Source: a virus
Lineage: Duplodnaviria; Caudoviricetes
Length of the DNA: 57,468 nt
Reading direction: 5' to 3' (one strand)
IMG/VR virus record: IMGVR_UViG_3300023276_000855
Location: 1 to 57,468 of that record
Part shown: positions 35,584-45,552 of the stretch, in pieces
Position numbering within the stretch: position 1 is the stretch's first letter
Layout of the letters: the number at the start of each line of letters is the position of its first letter
Made by a program: the position numbers and the translations under genes
The notes under the pieces: generated by a model
Told to the model about the DNA's origin: nothing
Databases searched by the model: none
The model's input: the letters and a program-made list of their open reading frames with translations, nothing else

Positions 35584-37539
35584 TTACACTAGGTTGCCTA
35601 ATGATAGAGTCTTAATAGTACCTGCATCATTGTAATCCATGTATACTGCAACTCCATCAACTCGGAAGGATTTCATCCCAACTGCTAATGTTCCATCAAC
35701 TTCATAACCTGCCGCCAATGCACTTGCTGTTGGTGCTGTTGCAGTGTCTTTGACTGTCTCTGCTACCATACCATCACCATGAATACGAACTGATCCACCA
35801 CGAACAGTGGTGCTTGACCAGTAACCATGCTCTTGACAGTTATTGATAGCTACTTGGATGCTTCTTCCTCCTGCTACTGAATAATCACCACTAACTGTAG
35901 AAGCTTTACCACTAGCTGTAGAATAATTACCACTAGCTGTAGAACCACTACCACTAGCTGTAGAATAAGTACCACTAGCTGTAGAACTATAACCACTAGC
36001 TGTAGAATAATTACCAATAGCTGTAGAATAATAACCACTAGCTGTAGAATAATTACCAATAGTTAAAGAACTTTGACCACTAGATGTGGAAAAAATACCA
36101 CTAGCTGTAGCACCAGCACCACTAGCTAAAGAATAATCACCACTAGCTACGGAACCATAACCACTAGCTGTAGAATAATTACCACTAGCTGTAGAAGCTT
36201 TACCACTAGCTACAGAATAATTTCCCCAAGCTTTTGAATCTTTACCACTAGCCACTGCATGGTCACCCTTTTCAACTGTTGGGTTTGCTGGGTTGTGTGT
36301 TACTGCGCCATCACCACTAGCTATAGAATGATAACCACTAGCTGTAGAAGCTTTACCACTAGCTGTAGAATGCTCACCGATTGCATCAGAACCACTACCA
36401 CTAGCTGTAGAATAAGTACCACTAGCTGTAGAACTATAACCACTAGCTGTAGAATAATTACCAATAGTTAAAGAACTTTGACCACTAGATGTGGAAAAAA
36501 TACCACTAGCTGTAGCACCAGCACCACTAGCTAAAGAATAATCACCACTAGCTACGGAACCATAACCACTAGCTGTAGAATAATTACCACTAGCTGTAGA
36601 AGCTTTACCACTAGCTACAGAATAATTTCCCCAAGCTTTTGAATCTTTACCACTAGCCACTGCATGGTCACCCTTTTCAACTGTTGGGTTTGCTGGGTTG
36701 TGTGTTACTGCGCCATCACCACTAGCTATAGAATGATAACCACTAGCTGTAGAAGCTTTACCACTAGCTGTAGAATAAACACCACTAGCTGTTGAGGCAC
36801 TACCACTAGCTGTAGATTCATCGCCAATAGCATTAGAACCCCAACCACTAGCTACAGAATGAAAACCACTGGCTGTGGAACCATTACCACTGGCTGTAGC
36901 ATAATTCTGACTAGCTGTAGAGCCAAGACCACTAGCTATAGAAGCAGTGCCACTAGCTGTACCACCGAATACTGACACACCATTATTAGTTGCGTCCCAT
37001 ACATCACCTGTGTTAGTGCCACTTGTGTTAGCTAGTCGATTCTCATCAGCGAGTGGATAAGATCTTTTTGCGGTGTTTAAACCTATGGCAGAGTTTTGTG
37101 TGGTCTGCTCCGATTGTAGATCACCTACATCGGTTCCAAGTTGCCCAATGTCCCCTTCGATGGCTGATAAATCTTGATCGCCTGTGTTAGTACCACTTTG
37201 ATTACTTAAATTTGTTTTTTCACTATCTGTGAATGCATTAGTGTTAGCATTATTTTCATAAGCTGTTTTGATTTGTGCGTCTGTTTGATCACCAGTAGCA
37301 CCAGATTCAATGGTGTCTAGTTTGGTCTTATCCCCATCTTGAAATGCACCTTCTGAAGGCTTTACTTGTAGTGCTGAGAGGTCTTGATCGCCTGTGTTAG
37401 TACCAGATTGATTAGCTACTACTGCGGTATTTGCAGAAACCTCTGATATAATAGTACCTAAATCAATACCCTCCCTAAACTCTTGTCGCTGAGATGCGCT
37501 TAGGGATGGAAGATATTCCGTTATGAAGAATTTGGACAT
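35584..37539 (-). CDS. trimeric fibre protein with YadA/Hep-Hag-like head repeats
   Basis: Dozens of STASGxY heptads; SGTNTGD repeats; late promoter. Confidence 0.8.
   Translation of the reverse strand: MSKFFITEYLPSLSASQRQEFREGIDLGTIISEVSANTAVVANQSGTNTGDQDLSALQVKPSEGAFQDGDKTKLDTIESGATGDQTDAQIKTAYENNANTNAFTDSEKTNLSNQSGTNTGDQDLSAIEGDIGQLGTDVGDLQSEQTTQNSAIGLNTAKRSYPLADENRLANTSGTNTGDVWDATNNGVSVFGGTASGTASIASGLGSTASQNYATASGNGSTASGFHSVASGWGSNAIGDESTASGSASTASGVYSTASGKASTASGYHSIASGDGAVTHNPANPTVEKGDHAVASGKDSKAWGNYSVASGKASTASGNYSTASGYGSVASGDYSLASGAGATASGIFSTSSGQSSLTIGNYSTASGYSSTASGTYSTASGSGSDAIGEHSTASGKASTASGYHSIASGDGAVTHNPANPTVEKGDHAVASGKDSKAWGNYSVASGKASTASGNYSTASGYGSVASGDYSLASGAGATASGIFSTSSGQSSLTIGNYSTASGYYSTAIGNYSTASGYSSTASGTYSTASGSGSTASGNYSTASGKASTVSGDYSVAGGRSIQVAINNCQEHGYWSSTTVRGGSVRIHGDGMVAETVKDTATAPTASALAAGYEVDGTLAVGMKSFRVDGVAVYMDYNDAGTIKTLSLGNLV
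36031..36776. repeat. about 340-bp apparently identical direct repeat, period 405 bp, inside the fibre gene
   Basis: 36031-36371 matches 36436-36776. Confidence 0.85.
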
Positions 37540-37547
37540 GCATATAT

Positions 37548-38252
37548 TTAGTATCCTAGAGGTTGTAATTCATCGATATCGAGACATATATATCGAAATG
37601 GTAAATTCTCCCCAATATCTAAATGAATATGAAAATGTCCACCTATTACCAATGATGGGGTAACGTCTTCTACAATCTGATCTATTAATAGTCTCTCATT
37701 GATTAAATCTTGTAATAGGGCAGCATCATTATCTATGAAGTGTTTAATATTATCCCCATCACTACCATAGTTTACATAACTTGGTGCAGAATGTAGGATT
37801 AAAATATCATAATGTTCTTTAACCTGTCTATATATTAATGCTTCATCTTCCCAATAATTAACGAACGGAGTATTATATCTCCTATCCACAGACACTGCGC
37901 CACCCACGAACAATACAGATTTATCATTTATAGTCCCAGTAGTATAATCTTGCACCATGTGTATATTGGGGTAATTCTTTTCAATCTCTGTTTTACCCTC
38001 ATCAGACCAACAATATGGATTATCGTGATTTCCTCTAATGGCATAGAATTGAATATCGAATTCTTCACAAACTCTCTGAGTCTTTTCTAAGATTTCAGAT
38101 TTTGTGCTATATGCTCCAAAATCACCCACCTGAATAATACTAGTGTTGTTCTGGAAAGTATCAATCTTATTCCACCTCTTCCAAAGCTTGTTTATGTATC
38201 GACCACTGCCATGAATATCACCAAGCAGTATTATATTTCCCTCTATTTTCAT
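37548..38252 (-). CDS. calcineurin-like metallophosphoesterase
   Basis: GDIHG, VGDFG, RGNHD, GHFH. Confidence 0.9.
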   Translation of the reverse strand: MKIEGNIILLGDIHGSGRYINKLWKRWNKIDTFQNNTSIIQVGDFGAYSTKSEILEKTQRVCEEFDIQFYAIRGNHDNPYCWSDEGKTEIEKNYPNIHMVQDYTTGTINDKSVLFVGGAVSVDRRYNTPFVNYWEDEALIYRQVKEHYDILILHSAPSYVNYGSDGDNIKHFIDNDAALLQDLINERLLIDQIVEDVTPSLVIGGHFHIHLDIGENLPFRYICLDIDELQPLGY

Positions 38253-38253
38253 T

Positions 38254-38442
38254 CTAAATATCTTTAATAAGTTTTGCGAAGTTCTTAATAACTTCTTTAT
38301 TTGCAATAAGTTTATATATTAGTATAGAGTCTTCTACTTGACCAGCCTCTAACGCTCTAATAATATATGCATCATATCTCTTCTTGATTACTGCATCTTG
38401 ATTGACAGTTCTATTTTCTCTCTCATCGTCGTAATGGCTCAT
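38254..38442 (-). CDS. hypothetical protein
   Basis: ORF in operon context. Confidence 0.55.
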   Translation of the reverse strand: MSHYDDERENRTVNQDAVIKKRYDAYIIRALEAGQVEDSILIYKLIANKEVIKNFAKLIKDI

Positions 38443-38443
38443 A

Positions 38444-38953
38444 TTAGTATAGGTCGAAGTTTCTCGGCATTCTATTAATCATATTTTGTTTAGCTGCCAC
38501 TGCTAACTTGTCTGCAAGTTCATTGTATTCATTTCCTGCATGACCTTTTACCCAATCGATAGTAACGTCCATAACATGGGACATATTCTCATAATAATTA
38601 ACACATTTCTTAATAAAATCTAAATTCTTGACAGGTTTATGGGATGCTGTCCTCCATCCTTTCTTTCTCCATCCATCAGCCCAAACTGTAATCGAGTTCA
38701 ATGCATATTGACTATCTGTAATAATTCTTACTTTAACATCTGGATTGGGTTGAACTATACACATTGCTGCATACACACCAGCTAATTCCATTTCGTTGTT
38801 TGTTGTAGCGTCTTTATATCCATATAATTCAACACTTTTCTTTAAGTCGCCTTTGGATTCATCTTCATATATATTAACTACACATGACCACCCACCCACA
38901 GCACCAGTTCGCCCATTCGAACTCCCATCTGTATATATTTCTATGTATTTCAT
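38444..38953 (-). CDS. rnhA: ribonuclease HI
   Basis: YTDGS, TNNEMEL, TDSQY, WVKGHAG..NELAD. Confidence 0.95.
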   Translation of the reverse strand: MKYIEIYTDGSSNGRTGAVGGWSCVVNIYEDESKGDLKKSVELYGYKDATTNNEMELAGVYAAMCIVQPNPDVKVRIITDSQYALNSITVWADGWRKKGWRTASHKPVKNLDFIKKCVNYYENMSHVMDVTIDWVKGHAGNEYNELADKLAVAAKQNMINRMPRNFDLY

Positions 38954-39000
38954 AATAAAAGGGTGGAGGATCTATCAACCTCCACCCATTACATTATTGT

Positions 39001-39225
39001 CTAACCAAACATCTGTGTTTCGCCTTGAGTAGTAATACTCGCAACAGAATTTTTATTAATCTTTCGCTCAGTTTTAGAGGATCGATCATAAATTGTCACA
39101 TAGCAATTACTGATTCCGCGAAGCTGCGCATTAACTTTGTCGCCTTGTGTGGTTGTGATGCCGAAGAAACGACCTTTAGTTGAATTAAGGGTTTCTGTCA
39201 TTAGTTTCATTTTTGTCTTTGTCAT
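39001..39225 (-). CDS. small hypothetical protein
   Basis: ATG 39225; TTGACA-N17-TAATCT upstream and a hairpin terminator downstream. Confidence 0.6.
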   Translation of the reverse strand: MTKTKMKLMTETLNSTKGRFFGITTTQGDKVNAQLRGISNCYVTIYDRSSKTERKINKNSVASITTQGETQMFG

Positions 39226-39329
39226 AATATTATTATTTAAATTGAGTGTTTGTGCATACCTCACTCACAGGTTTAGAGGATCGTTCCTCTGAAAAGAGAT
39301 TATCAGATAATCTCGGAGTTGTCAAGGAG

Positions 39330-40256
39330 TTAAATGGCTACTAGGGGATATTTTAATTTTCCCCCATGCTCATAACCTTCGAGGGTGTAGCAGTCACTAG
39401 TCCAGTCGAATATAGTCTCAAATTTCCAATCAGTCAACTTAATTGTGGGTAATTTGAAAGTTTCTTGGGTCAATTGTTCCCTAACAGTATCTACTTGATT
39501 CTCATAAATATGTACATTCTCATAACTTGGAATTAGGTATCTAGGGATCAAACCACCTTCATTCGCAAGCAAGGTAAGTAGCATTGAGTAGTTGTGGATA
39601 TTATGACCAAGAGCTAGGTCACACGACCTCTGATTCCATTTCAGGTCTAAGTATGTCTTACAAGGACTGATGTGGCATGTGAAGGAGTAGTGACATGGAA
39701 CTAATGCCATTGCATGTAGAGCTAATGGATTCCATGCAGAAACAATCAAACGTCGATCATCTTCTTTCTTACGAATCTTATCTACAAGAATCTGCAATTG
39801 ATCGATGCCAAGACTAGGTATGCGAGCATTATATGGATCTCCTTCTCCTAGAGTATACTGTCCAACTCTAGGATCATGACAATTTCTCCATTGCGCACCA
39901 TAAATCTCACCTAATTGCATTTCTGCTTGAAGTTTCTTCTTAGTTTCTTCGTCAGTAGCGTAAGGAATAATACGAGGATCTGCCCAATAATCCCAAAATT
40001 TGCATCCACCTGCCTGATACCAAGCTTTATCTGTAATACCTTTAATAAAACCTTCCAGCTCTTTCATTGCTGATTTAATAGGAGTGAATCGTGATGTGGG
40101 GATAGCAAATCCCTTTCGCATATCGAAACATAACTGTCTGCCAAATAGACATTTTAGGCGCACTCCTGTCCTACTATCTTGCCAATCACCCATTTCTAAA
40201 ATCTCTTCAAATAGAGACAAATATTGTTGATCGACTTCGTTATTTGCTTGAATCAT
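39330..40256 (-). CDS. thyA: thymidylate synthase
   Basis: DSRTG, IYGAQWR, RRLIVSAWNP, MALVPCH, QRSCD, HIYENQ. Confidence 0.95.
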   Translation of the reverse strand: MIQANNEVDQQYLSLFEEILEMGDWQDSRTGVRLKCLFGRQLCFDMRKGFAIPTSRFTPIKSAMKELEGFIKGITDKAWYQAGGCKFWDYWADPRIIPYATDEETKKKLQAEMQLGEIYGAQWRNCHDPRVGQYTLGEGDPYNARIPSLGIDQLQILVDKIRKKEDDRRLIVSAWNPLALHAMALVPCHYSFTCHISPCKTYLDLKWNQRSCDLALGHNIHNYSMLLTLLANEGGLIPRYLIPSYENVHIYENQVDTVREQLTQETFKLPTIKLTDWKFETIFDWTSDCYTLEGYEHGGKLKYPLVAI

Positions 40257-40294
40257 GGAGTGACCATATCACGACAGGTAGATGTGTCAATATT

Positions 40295-41044
40295 TTAAGT
40301 AATTATTTGTATAAAATTCTCAGTGTTTGGCAATTCGCTCTCGAAATTATTGGCAAACCATTTGTCGGGGGAGTAAATGATATCACATTTTACCCCTAAC
40401 TGGGTAGCCCACCAACTAAATGAGGAATTAGATATGATGACCTTCCTATAATTGGCTAATTTATTGAAAGCATCTAGATCGTTGTTACATTCCACAAACT
40501 TCATATTATACTTATCCATATCAAATTCCTTCGCTACAAAACTCTCATCATCTGTAATTATATGAAATTCTGTATTTGGAAAATTAGACATACATTTCAG
40601 GTAGTATTCAGTATCACACACTAAATGTATACTAGATACTCTCAGGTAATCACCTCTCCTTATATGTATTGCTACTACATTGTCTGACGTGTCATATGCG
40701 GGGACCTCTAAAACATCTCTCATCTGTTGAATATCAACATATTCTATACATTGCCAATAACCATCTATGATAATATTACCTTCTATGATCGGGATTTCGC
40801 TATACACTGTTTCATCATAAGCGAATCTATCAAAATCTCCATATATTGTTTGAGAGATTTTGATATTTTTGAAGATAGTGTCTGTGTATGTTGATGGAGA
40901 GTTCCCTTGACCAGCACCCCAACAACCACTATATGCTACAAATTCTTTATCGTGTAATTTTGCATACTTGAGTCCTGCCGCGATCTGAAATATTTGATTT
41001 CCAAGACCCCCCTTTAAATTTGAATATATTGTCGTATTATGCAT
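40295..41044 (-). CDS. GT11 alpha-1,2-fucosyltransferase-like protein
   Basis: GGLGNQIFQ, GYWQ, IHIRRGDY, SNSSFSWW. Confidence 0.9.
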   Translation of the reverse strand: MHNTTIYSNLKGGLGNQIFQIAAGLKYAKLHDKEFVAYSGCWGAGQGNSPSTYTDTIFKNIKISQTIYGDFDRFAYDETVYSEIPIIEGNIIIDGYWQCIEYVDIQQMRDVLEVPAYDTSDNVVAIHIRRGDYLRVSSIHLVCDTEYYLKCMSNFPNTEFHIITDDESFVAKEFDMDKYNMKFVECNNDLDAFNKLANYRKVIISNSSFSWWATQLGVKCDIIYSPDKWFANNFESELPNTENFIQIIT

Positions 41045-41795
41045 TCATTGAAATGTTTATATTTTCTGTGATGTCAGGATTTTGATCACGTATAGCAAAA
41101 TGTTCAAGATGCCACATTATGGCATTGTCTATATTGATGATGCCAATCCTATTCGAACTCTTCATTGATATGAAATAATTATTATCATCCTCATAACCCC
41201 ACCCACTAAAAGTCTCGTTAAATTTTCCAATATTATTATATCCAGTTTTATTCATTAGGAACATACCACCCTTTGAACGATTGTGTACTATATTCATGTT
41301 TTCGTTCTCCCAAAAAAGTTTTCTAGTTGATATCTGCGAAACTAATTCTGTAAAGTTGAATGTTGGTAAGAATTCCTCAAAATATTCTTTCTTAATATTA
41401 ATAAACCATCCATTATACGGATATATATGTTCACACTCCCCATTATGTAGTGCTGTGGTTGCCCTACTCATATATTTCGGGTCTATTAATGCATCAGTAT
41501 CTACAAACCCATATACATTATATTTTGCGATAGCTGTTCCGATATTGAAACAATTATTTTTCTTCCAATTATCGGAATTTTTGAAGAAATGTATTGTTAT
41601 TAAATCAGACTCTTTAAATACATTCAGCTCTGTGTCCTCCTCAGAATCATCATTTACTATAATAATCTCATATCCAGTAAAAGATTGTTCGTAATACCTC
41701 AAAATTTGACTTAAATTGAAAAACCTGTCATCAGAGTCCTTCCTATAGTGAATTATAAAGGAAACTCCTCCCAAATCAATAGTATCATCGTTCAT
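41037..41795 (-). CDS. GT-A glycosyltransferase (GT2/GT7-like)
   Basis: DTD motif, FNETFSGWGYEDD; start ATG 41795 after TAAATA. Confidence 0.85.
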   Translation of the reverse strand: MNDDTIDLGGVSFIIHYRKDSDDRFFNLSQILRYYEQSFTGYEIIIVNDDSEEDTELNVFKESDLITIHFFKNSDNWKKNNCFNIGTAIAKYNVYGFVDTDALIDPKYMSRATTALHNGECEHIYPYNGWFINIKKEYFEEFLPTFNFTELVSQISTRKLFWENENMNIVHNRSKGGMFLMNKTGYNNIGKFNETFSGWGYEDDNNYFISMKSSNRIGIINIDNAIMWHLEHFAIRDQNPDITENINISMNA

Positions 41796-41891
41796 ACCCA
41801 AGTATTTACCACACAAAATGATAAAATCCAAGTGTTTTTTTTTTTTATCATTTTAATTGACAGATGATAAATCCCATGACATACTAATATC

Positions 41892-42134
41892 ATGGATTAC
41901 GAGGTTAAAAAAGAAATGGAATTAGATAAATATAGTCTTATCAAAGGTGATAAATTAAGAGTATATTATATATGTAATAAAGTATCTTTATTAAAGATTA
42001 TATATAAAGACGATAGATCCGATAAAATCATATGGACTGATATAGCCAATATTGATGATAATCAGAAACTATTAAAAGTAATTGACGATACACATATTCC
42101 ACAAAGAAGAAAATTAAGTAAGGGGTTAACCTAA
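41892..42134 (+). CDS. hypothetical protein
   Basis: Preceded by TTGACA-N17-CATACT-N6-ATG. Confidence 0.55.
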   Translation: MDYEVKKEMELDKYSLIKGDKLRVYYICNKVSLLKIIYKDDRSDKIIWTDIANIDDNQKLLKVIDDTHIPQRRKLSKGLT

Positions 42135-42299
42135 AATAATTCTATGTTCATTAGTAATCTTTAATCCGTCAGATAGTAACGCAGCTTCCGTCTTCTTTAA
42201 ACGAATTTTATTACCTTCTGAATCAATGATTTCCACATAATCGTCGTCAAGACTTCTTAGGATTGCTGGATTAACTTTTTGTAATTTTTGATCAGACAT
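42126..42299 (-). CDS. small hypothetical late protein (MSDQKLQKVN..., 57 aa)
   Basis: Read manually; downstream of the palindromic TAAATATTTA. Confidence 0.55.
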   Translation of the reverse strand: MSDQKLQKVNPAILRSLDDDYVEIIDSEGNKIRLKKTEAALLSDGLKITNEHRIILG

Positions 42300-42302
42300 C
42301 AC

Positions 42303-42312
42303 TAAATATTTA
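42303..42312. promoter_or_regulatory. palindromic bidirectional late promoter TAAATATTTA
   Basis: Lies between divergent ATGs at 42299 and 42320. Confidence 0.55.
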
Positions 42313-42319
42313 ATGTAAT

Positions 42320-42949
42320 ATGAAAAACTTTTTAAAATATATCGCGTTAATAGTTTGTTGTGTGTCTATGACTGCGTGTTTCCCCCCCTTCGTAAAAAGA
42401 GAAGTTCCCATTCCAATCCCAGCGGAAACTGTTGGTTCTAGCGATAATATCCGAAATATCGGAACCAACCATAGAGGTATCGGAAATTCTATAGACAAAC
42501 AAAGCAGTCTAATTACATCACAAAGCATTAAAATTACTAATCTACAAAATCAATTGAATGATATGAAGTTGAAAATGGATAATGGATCTACAGTGAGTCA
42601 AACAGAGTTGGATTTCATTATAGATGAACTGAAGTCTATAAAACAAGATAATGAATTTCTCAACAATGAGAACACAATTCTTATCGATAAATTGGAGAAA
42701 CAAGCAATTGAAATATCTACAGCTTTAACAAATGCTACTAAGAAGGAATCTGAATCTAAGGAATTGCGAAATCAACTCAACGCAGCAAATAATAATAATA
42801 TTAAATTATCTTCAAAGTTAGACAAAGCATCTAAGAAAGCTGCAACTGCATCAGTTTATAAGAATTGGGTAATGGGATTGGCTGGATTATTATTCCTATA
42901 TGTTGTGATTAATGCGGCAATGCGTTACTATACACCAAAATTTGGATAA
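42320..42949 (+). CDS. putative unimolecular spanin (lipoprotein, coiled coil, C-terminal TM)
   Basis: Signal peptide with MTAC lipobox, long heptad region, terminal TM helix; next to holin and endolysin. Confidence 0.6.
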   Translation: MKNFLKYIALIVCCVSMTACFPPFVKREVPIPIPAETVGSSDNIRNIGTNHRGIGNSIDKQSSLITSQSIKITNLQNQLNDMKLKMDNGSTVSQTELDFIIDELKSIKQDNEFLNNENTILIDKLEKQAIEISTALTNATKKESESKELRNQLNAANNNNIKLSSKLDKASKKAATASVYKNWVMGLAGLLFLYVVINAAMRYYTPKFG

Positions 42950-42966
42950 TAGAGATAAATAATACT

Positions 42967-43308
42967 ATGAAAGATAAAGAAGACCTATCAATCAAATCAG
43001 ATATTAAGTTTGCAGGTATCACAATTGCAGCATTCTTTGTAGTATTGTACCTAGCAAATGTATTAAACGCTATTTTTCCTGCTCTAGCACCGTTAAATAT
43101 TGTGGATTTTGCAGTAACAATATCTAAAATTGGTGTAGCATCAGCATCAGCTTGGCTATTAATCAAAATGGCATTCAAAAACACCATTGGAAGATCAATT
43201 GGTAAAGTATTTGATGCTGGTTGGGAACTATTAAGTTCCGAAGAAAAAGCTAGGTGGTGTATTGGAGCATTTTTGGCTCTATTTCTATCTATTGCAATCA
43301 TGTCTTAA
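42967..43308 (+). CDS. putative holin (3 TM)
   Basis: Three hydrophobic segments; directly before the endolysin; TAAATA-N5-ATG. Confidence 0.6.
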   Translation: MKDKEDLSIKSDIKFAGITIAAFFVVLYLANVLNAIFPALAPLNIVDFAVTISKIGVASASAWLLIKMAFKNTIGRSIGKVFDAGWELLSSEEKARWCIGAFLALFLSIAIMS

Positions 43309-44045
43309 TGAATATATTCATAATAGCATTAATATCATTGTTGGGAATGAGTCATTTAAATGTTCCGACGAAACCTATCAACAAACCATCTGGTCAAGAT
43401 GTTGGTTCGTTGGTGATGTCCCCCGAATCTCTACAAGATTTGATCATTTATTATGAGGTAACCAGCAAATCCAACTATAATAAGAAATTTACAAAACCTA
43501 TTGTACCTGCATGGCAATCAACAGCATCAGGTGTTACAGTTGGAATTGGTGTGGATGTTGGACATATGTCTAGATCCTCAGTCGATTGGACGTTCAGAGG
43601 AAAACTACCAGACAATCAAGTTGAATTACTTAAAAATGCATCTGGAAAGAAGGGTAGAGATGCATATTATAATGCACTTCCTGCGGTAAAATACAATGTT
43701 TCCGTTAAATGGGACACTGCTTATGACATTTTAACGGAAAAGACACTCCCAACGTACTCAAAACGCACCAAAGATGCCTTTAAGATTACTAAAACTCAAC
43801 TAGATCCACACCTAAATGGGGCATTAATAAGCCTTGTATATAATAGAGGTGGTAGCATGTCCTCCAAATCATCCAGAAATGAGATGAGATATATTAGAGA
43901 TGATATTGCTAAAGGTACATATGAAAATATTCCTCAATATATAAGGGATATGAAGAGGTTGTGGAGCTATAAGAAGCTTAGGGGGTTACATCTCAGACGA
44001 GACAAAGAAGCAGTCTTTGCTCAGAAGGGAATTGATCGAATGTGA
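43308..44045 (+). CDS. lysozyme-fold endolysin with N-terminal signal/SAR segment
   Basis: YE...SGVTVGIGVD, ALISLVYNRG, GL..RR..EA; start ATG 43308. Confidence 0.8.
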   Translation: MNIFIIALISLLGMSHLNVPTKPINKPSGQDVGSLVMSPESLQDLIIYYEVTSKSNYNKKFTKPIVPAWQSTASGVTVGIGVDVGHMSRSSVDWTFRGKLPDNQVELLKNASGKKGRDAYYNALPAVKYNVSVKWDTAYDILTEKTLPTYSKRTKDAFKITKTQLDPHLNGALISLVYNRGGSMSSKSSRNEMRYIRDDIAKGTYENIPQYIRDMKRLWSYKKLRGLHLRRDKEAVFAQKGIDRM

Positions 44046-44396
44046 TCAATTCTTCTTTACAAATTGTTTCAATTCTGCAAGACTAGCGATGGCTGAGAGA
44101 TCAAGCTGGTTCTTGGAGTTAAGATCATTCAACAGGGATTCTATTTTAGATAGAATCCCTTTTTTTGAGACTAAAGATTCGACAACCTCTTCCTCTTGCT
44201 CAAATGGATTCCCGAAAGCAACACCGTTTGCTTTTGACATTTCATGCTCGTTTGGTTGAGTGACACCAATCTTATTATTCTTATATGATTGGCGATCTTC
44301 CCTAGCCTGACTTCCTCTACGGACAGTAGGTGAATCTGATGGGAATCTAATTGTACCTTCCATAAGGAGTGCTATATCTTGTAACCAGTTATGCAT
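44046..44396 (-). CDS. hypothetical late protein
   Basis: ATG 44396 after TAAATA-N5. Confidence 0.6.
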   Translation of the reverse strand: MHNWLQDIALLMEGTIRFPSDSPTVRRGSQAREDRQSYKNNKIGVTQPNEHEMSKANGVAFGNPFEQEEEVVESLVSKKGILSKIESLLNDLNSKNQLDLSAIASLAELKQFVKKN

Positions 44397-44550
44397 ATGA
44401 TTATTTACTCGAAAAGTGACAAAAAATCCCAAATGGGCGAATATTTACTGCAATGGCGGGGTAAATATTCGTCCCCAAAAAACTTTAATTTCGCCCTAAA
44501 TAATGCTTGTAACTCGCTAGAAAGAGGTTACTATATTAAAACAATTTATT

Positions 44551-45546
44551 ATGATATTCGAAGAACAAATTAGCAGACACCCCGACCAATATCCTTGGGC
44601 AAACAAATTCATGGATAGTATGTGGGACAGTTTTTGGACAGTGAGAAAGTTTGATTTCAAGAGCGACATCATCCAATTCCACACTGTATTGACAGATGAA
44701 GAACGTGGTATGGTTATACGCTCTCTGAGTGCGATAGGACAGATTGAAATCGCAGTTAAGACATTCTGGTCTAAGTTAGGTGACAACCTCCCACACCCCT
44801 CTCTACAGGACTTAGGGATGGTGATGGCAAACGTTGAGGTCATCCACAATAAAGCATATGAGGAATTAATCAAGAAATTAGATCTTGAGCATGTATTTGA
44901 GGAGAACTTGAAATTGGAATTCATTAAAGATCGCGTATCCTATCTGAAGAAATATACTCATCGATATTACAAGAATTCCAAAAAGCAGTATCTATACGCA
45001 ATCACACTATTCACTCTCTTTGTGGAGAACGTGTCTCTATTTTCTCAATTTTATGTCATTAATTGGATGGCTAGATGTAAGAATGTCTTGAAGGATACAG
45101 ATCAACAGATTAAATACACTCGCAACGAAGAGAACGTACATGCATTGGTCGGGATGAAGATTATCAATACTATTAGATTGGAGTATCCAGATCTGTTTGA
45201 TGATGAACTTGAGGATAAGATTATCCATGAAGCAATTGAAGCAGCAAAAGCTGAATTTGTTATTGTTGATTGGATGGTAGGTAATTTTGATGAAGTTGGT
45301 CATAAGGGAGAAACACTCAACGCTCCAACACTCAAAGCATGGATCAAGCAGCGTATCAATGAATCTCTAGCTGAGATTGGATATAGAGCAGCGTTCGAAT
45401 TAACACCCGAAGAAATTGTATTATTGGATGGTACTGAATGGTTCACTGAAGAATTACTTGGTACTAATATGACAGATTTCTTTCACGGTACACCAGTTGA
45501 ATATGCAAAGGCAAATCAATCCTTCTCAGCAGATTCTCTATTTTAA
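44551..45546 (+). CDS. nrdB: ribonucleotide reductase class I beta subunit
   Basis: QIE, EVIH..AY, VENVSLFSQF, EENVH, DFF. Confidence 0.95.
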   Translation: MIFEEQISRHPDQYPWANKFMDSMWDSFWTVRKFDFKSDIIQFHTVLTDEERGMVIRSLSAIGQIEIAVKTFWSKLGDNLPHPSLQDLGMVMANVEVIHNKAYEELIKKLDLEHVFEENLKLEFIKDRVSYLKKYTHRYYKNSKKQYLYAITLFTLFVENVSLFSQFYVINWMARCKNVLKDTDQQIKYTRNEENVHALVGMKIINTIRLEYPDLFDDELEDKIIHEAIEAAKAEFVIVDWMVGNFDEVGHKGETLNAPTLKAWIKQRINESLAEIGYRAAFELTPEEIVLLDGTEWFTEELLGTNMTDFFHGTPVEYAKANQSFSADSLF

Positions 45547-45552
45547 ATTTTT

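Noticed and set aside
35874-36059. ORF with VVIILQL repeats
   Set aside because: Alternative frame of the fibre's 21-bp repeats.
36031-36776. Fibre duplication as a diversity-generating retroelement TR/VR pair
   Set aside because: The copies look identical with no adenine-specific differences, both are in frame within one gene, and no reverse transcriptase is present.
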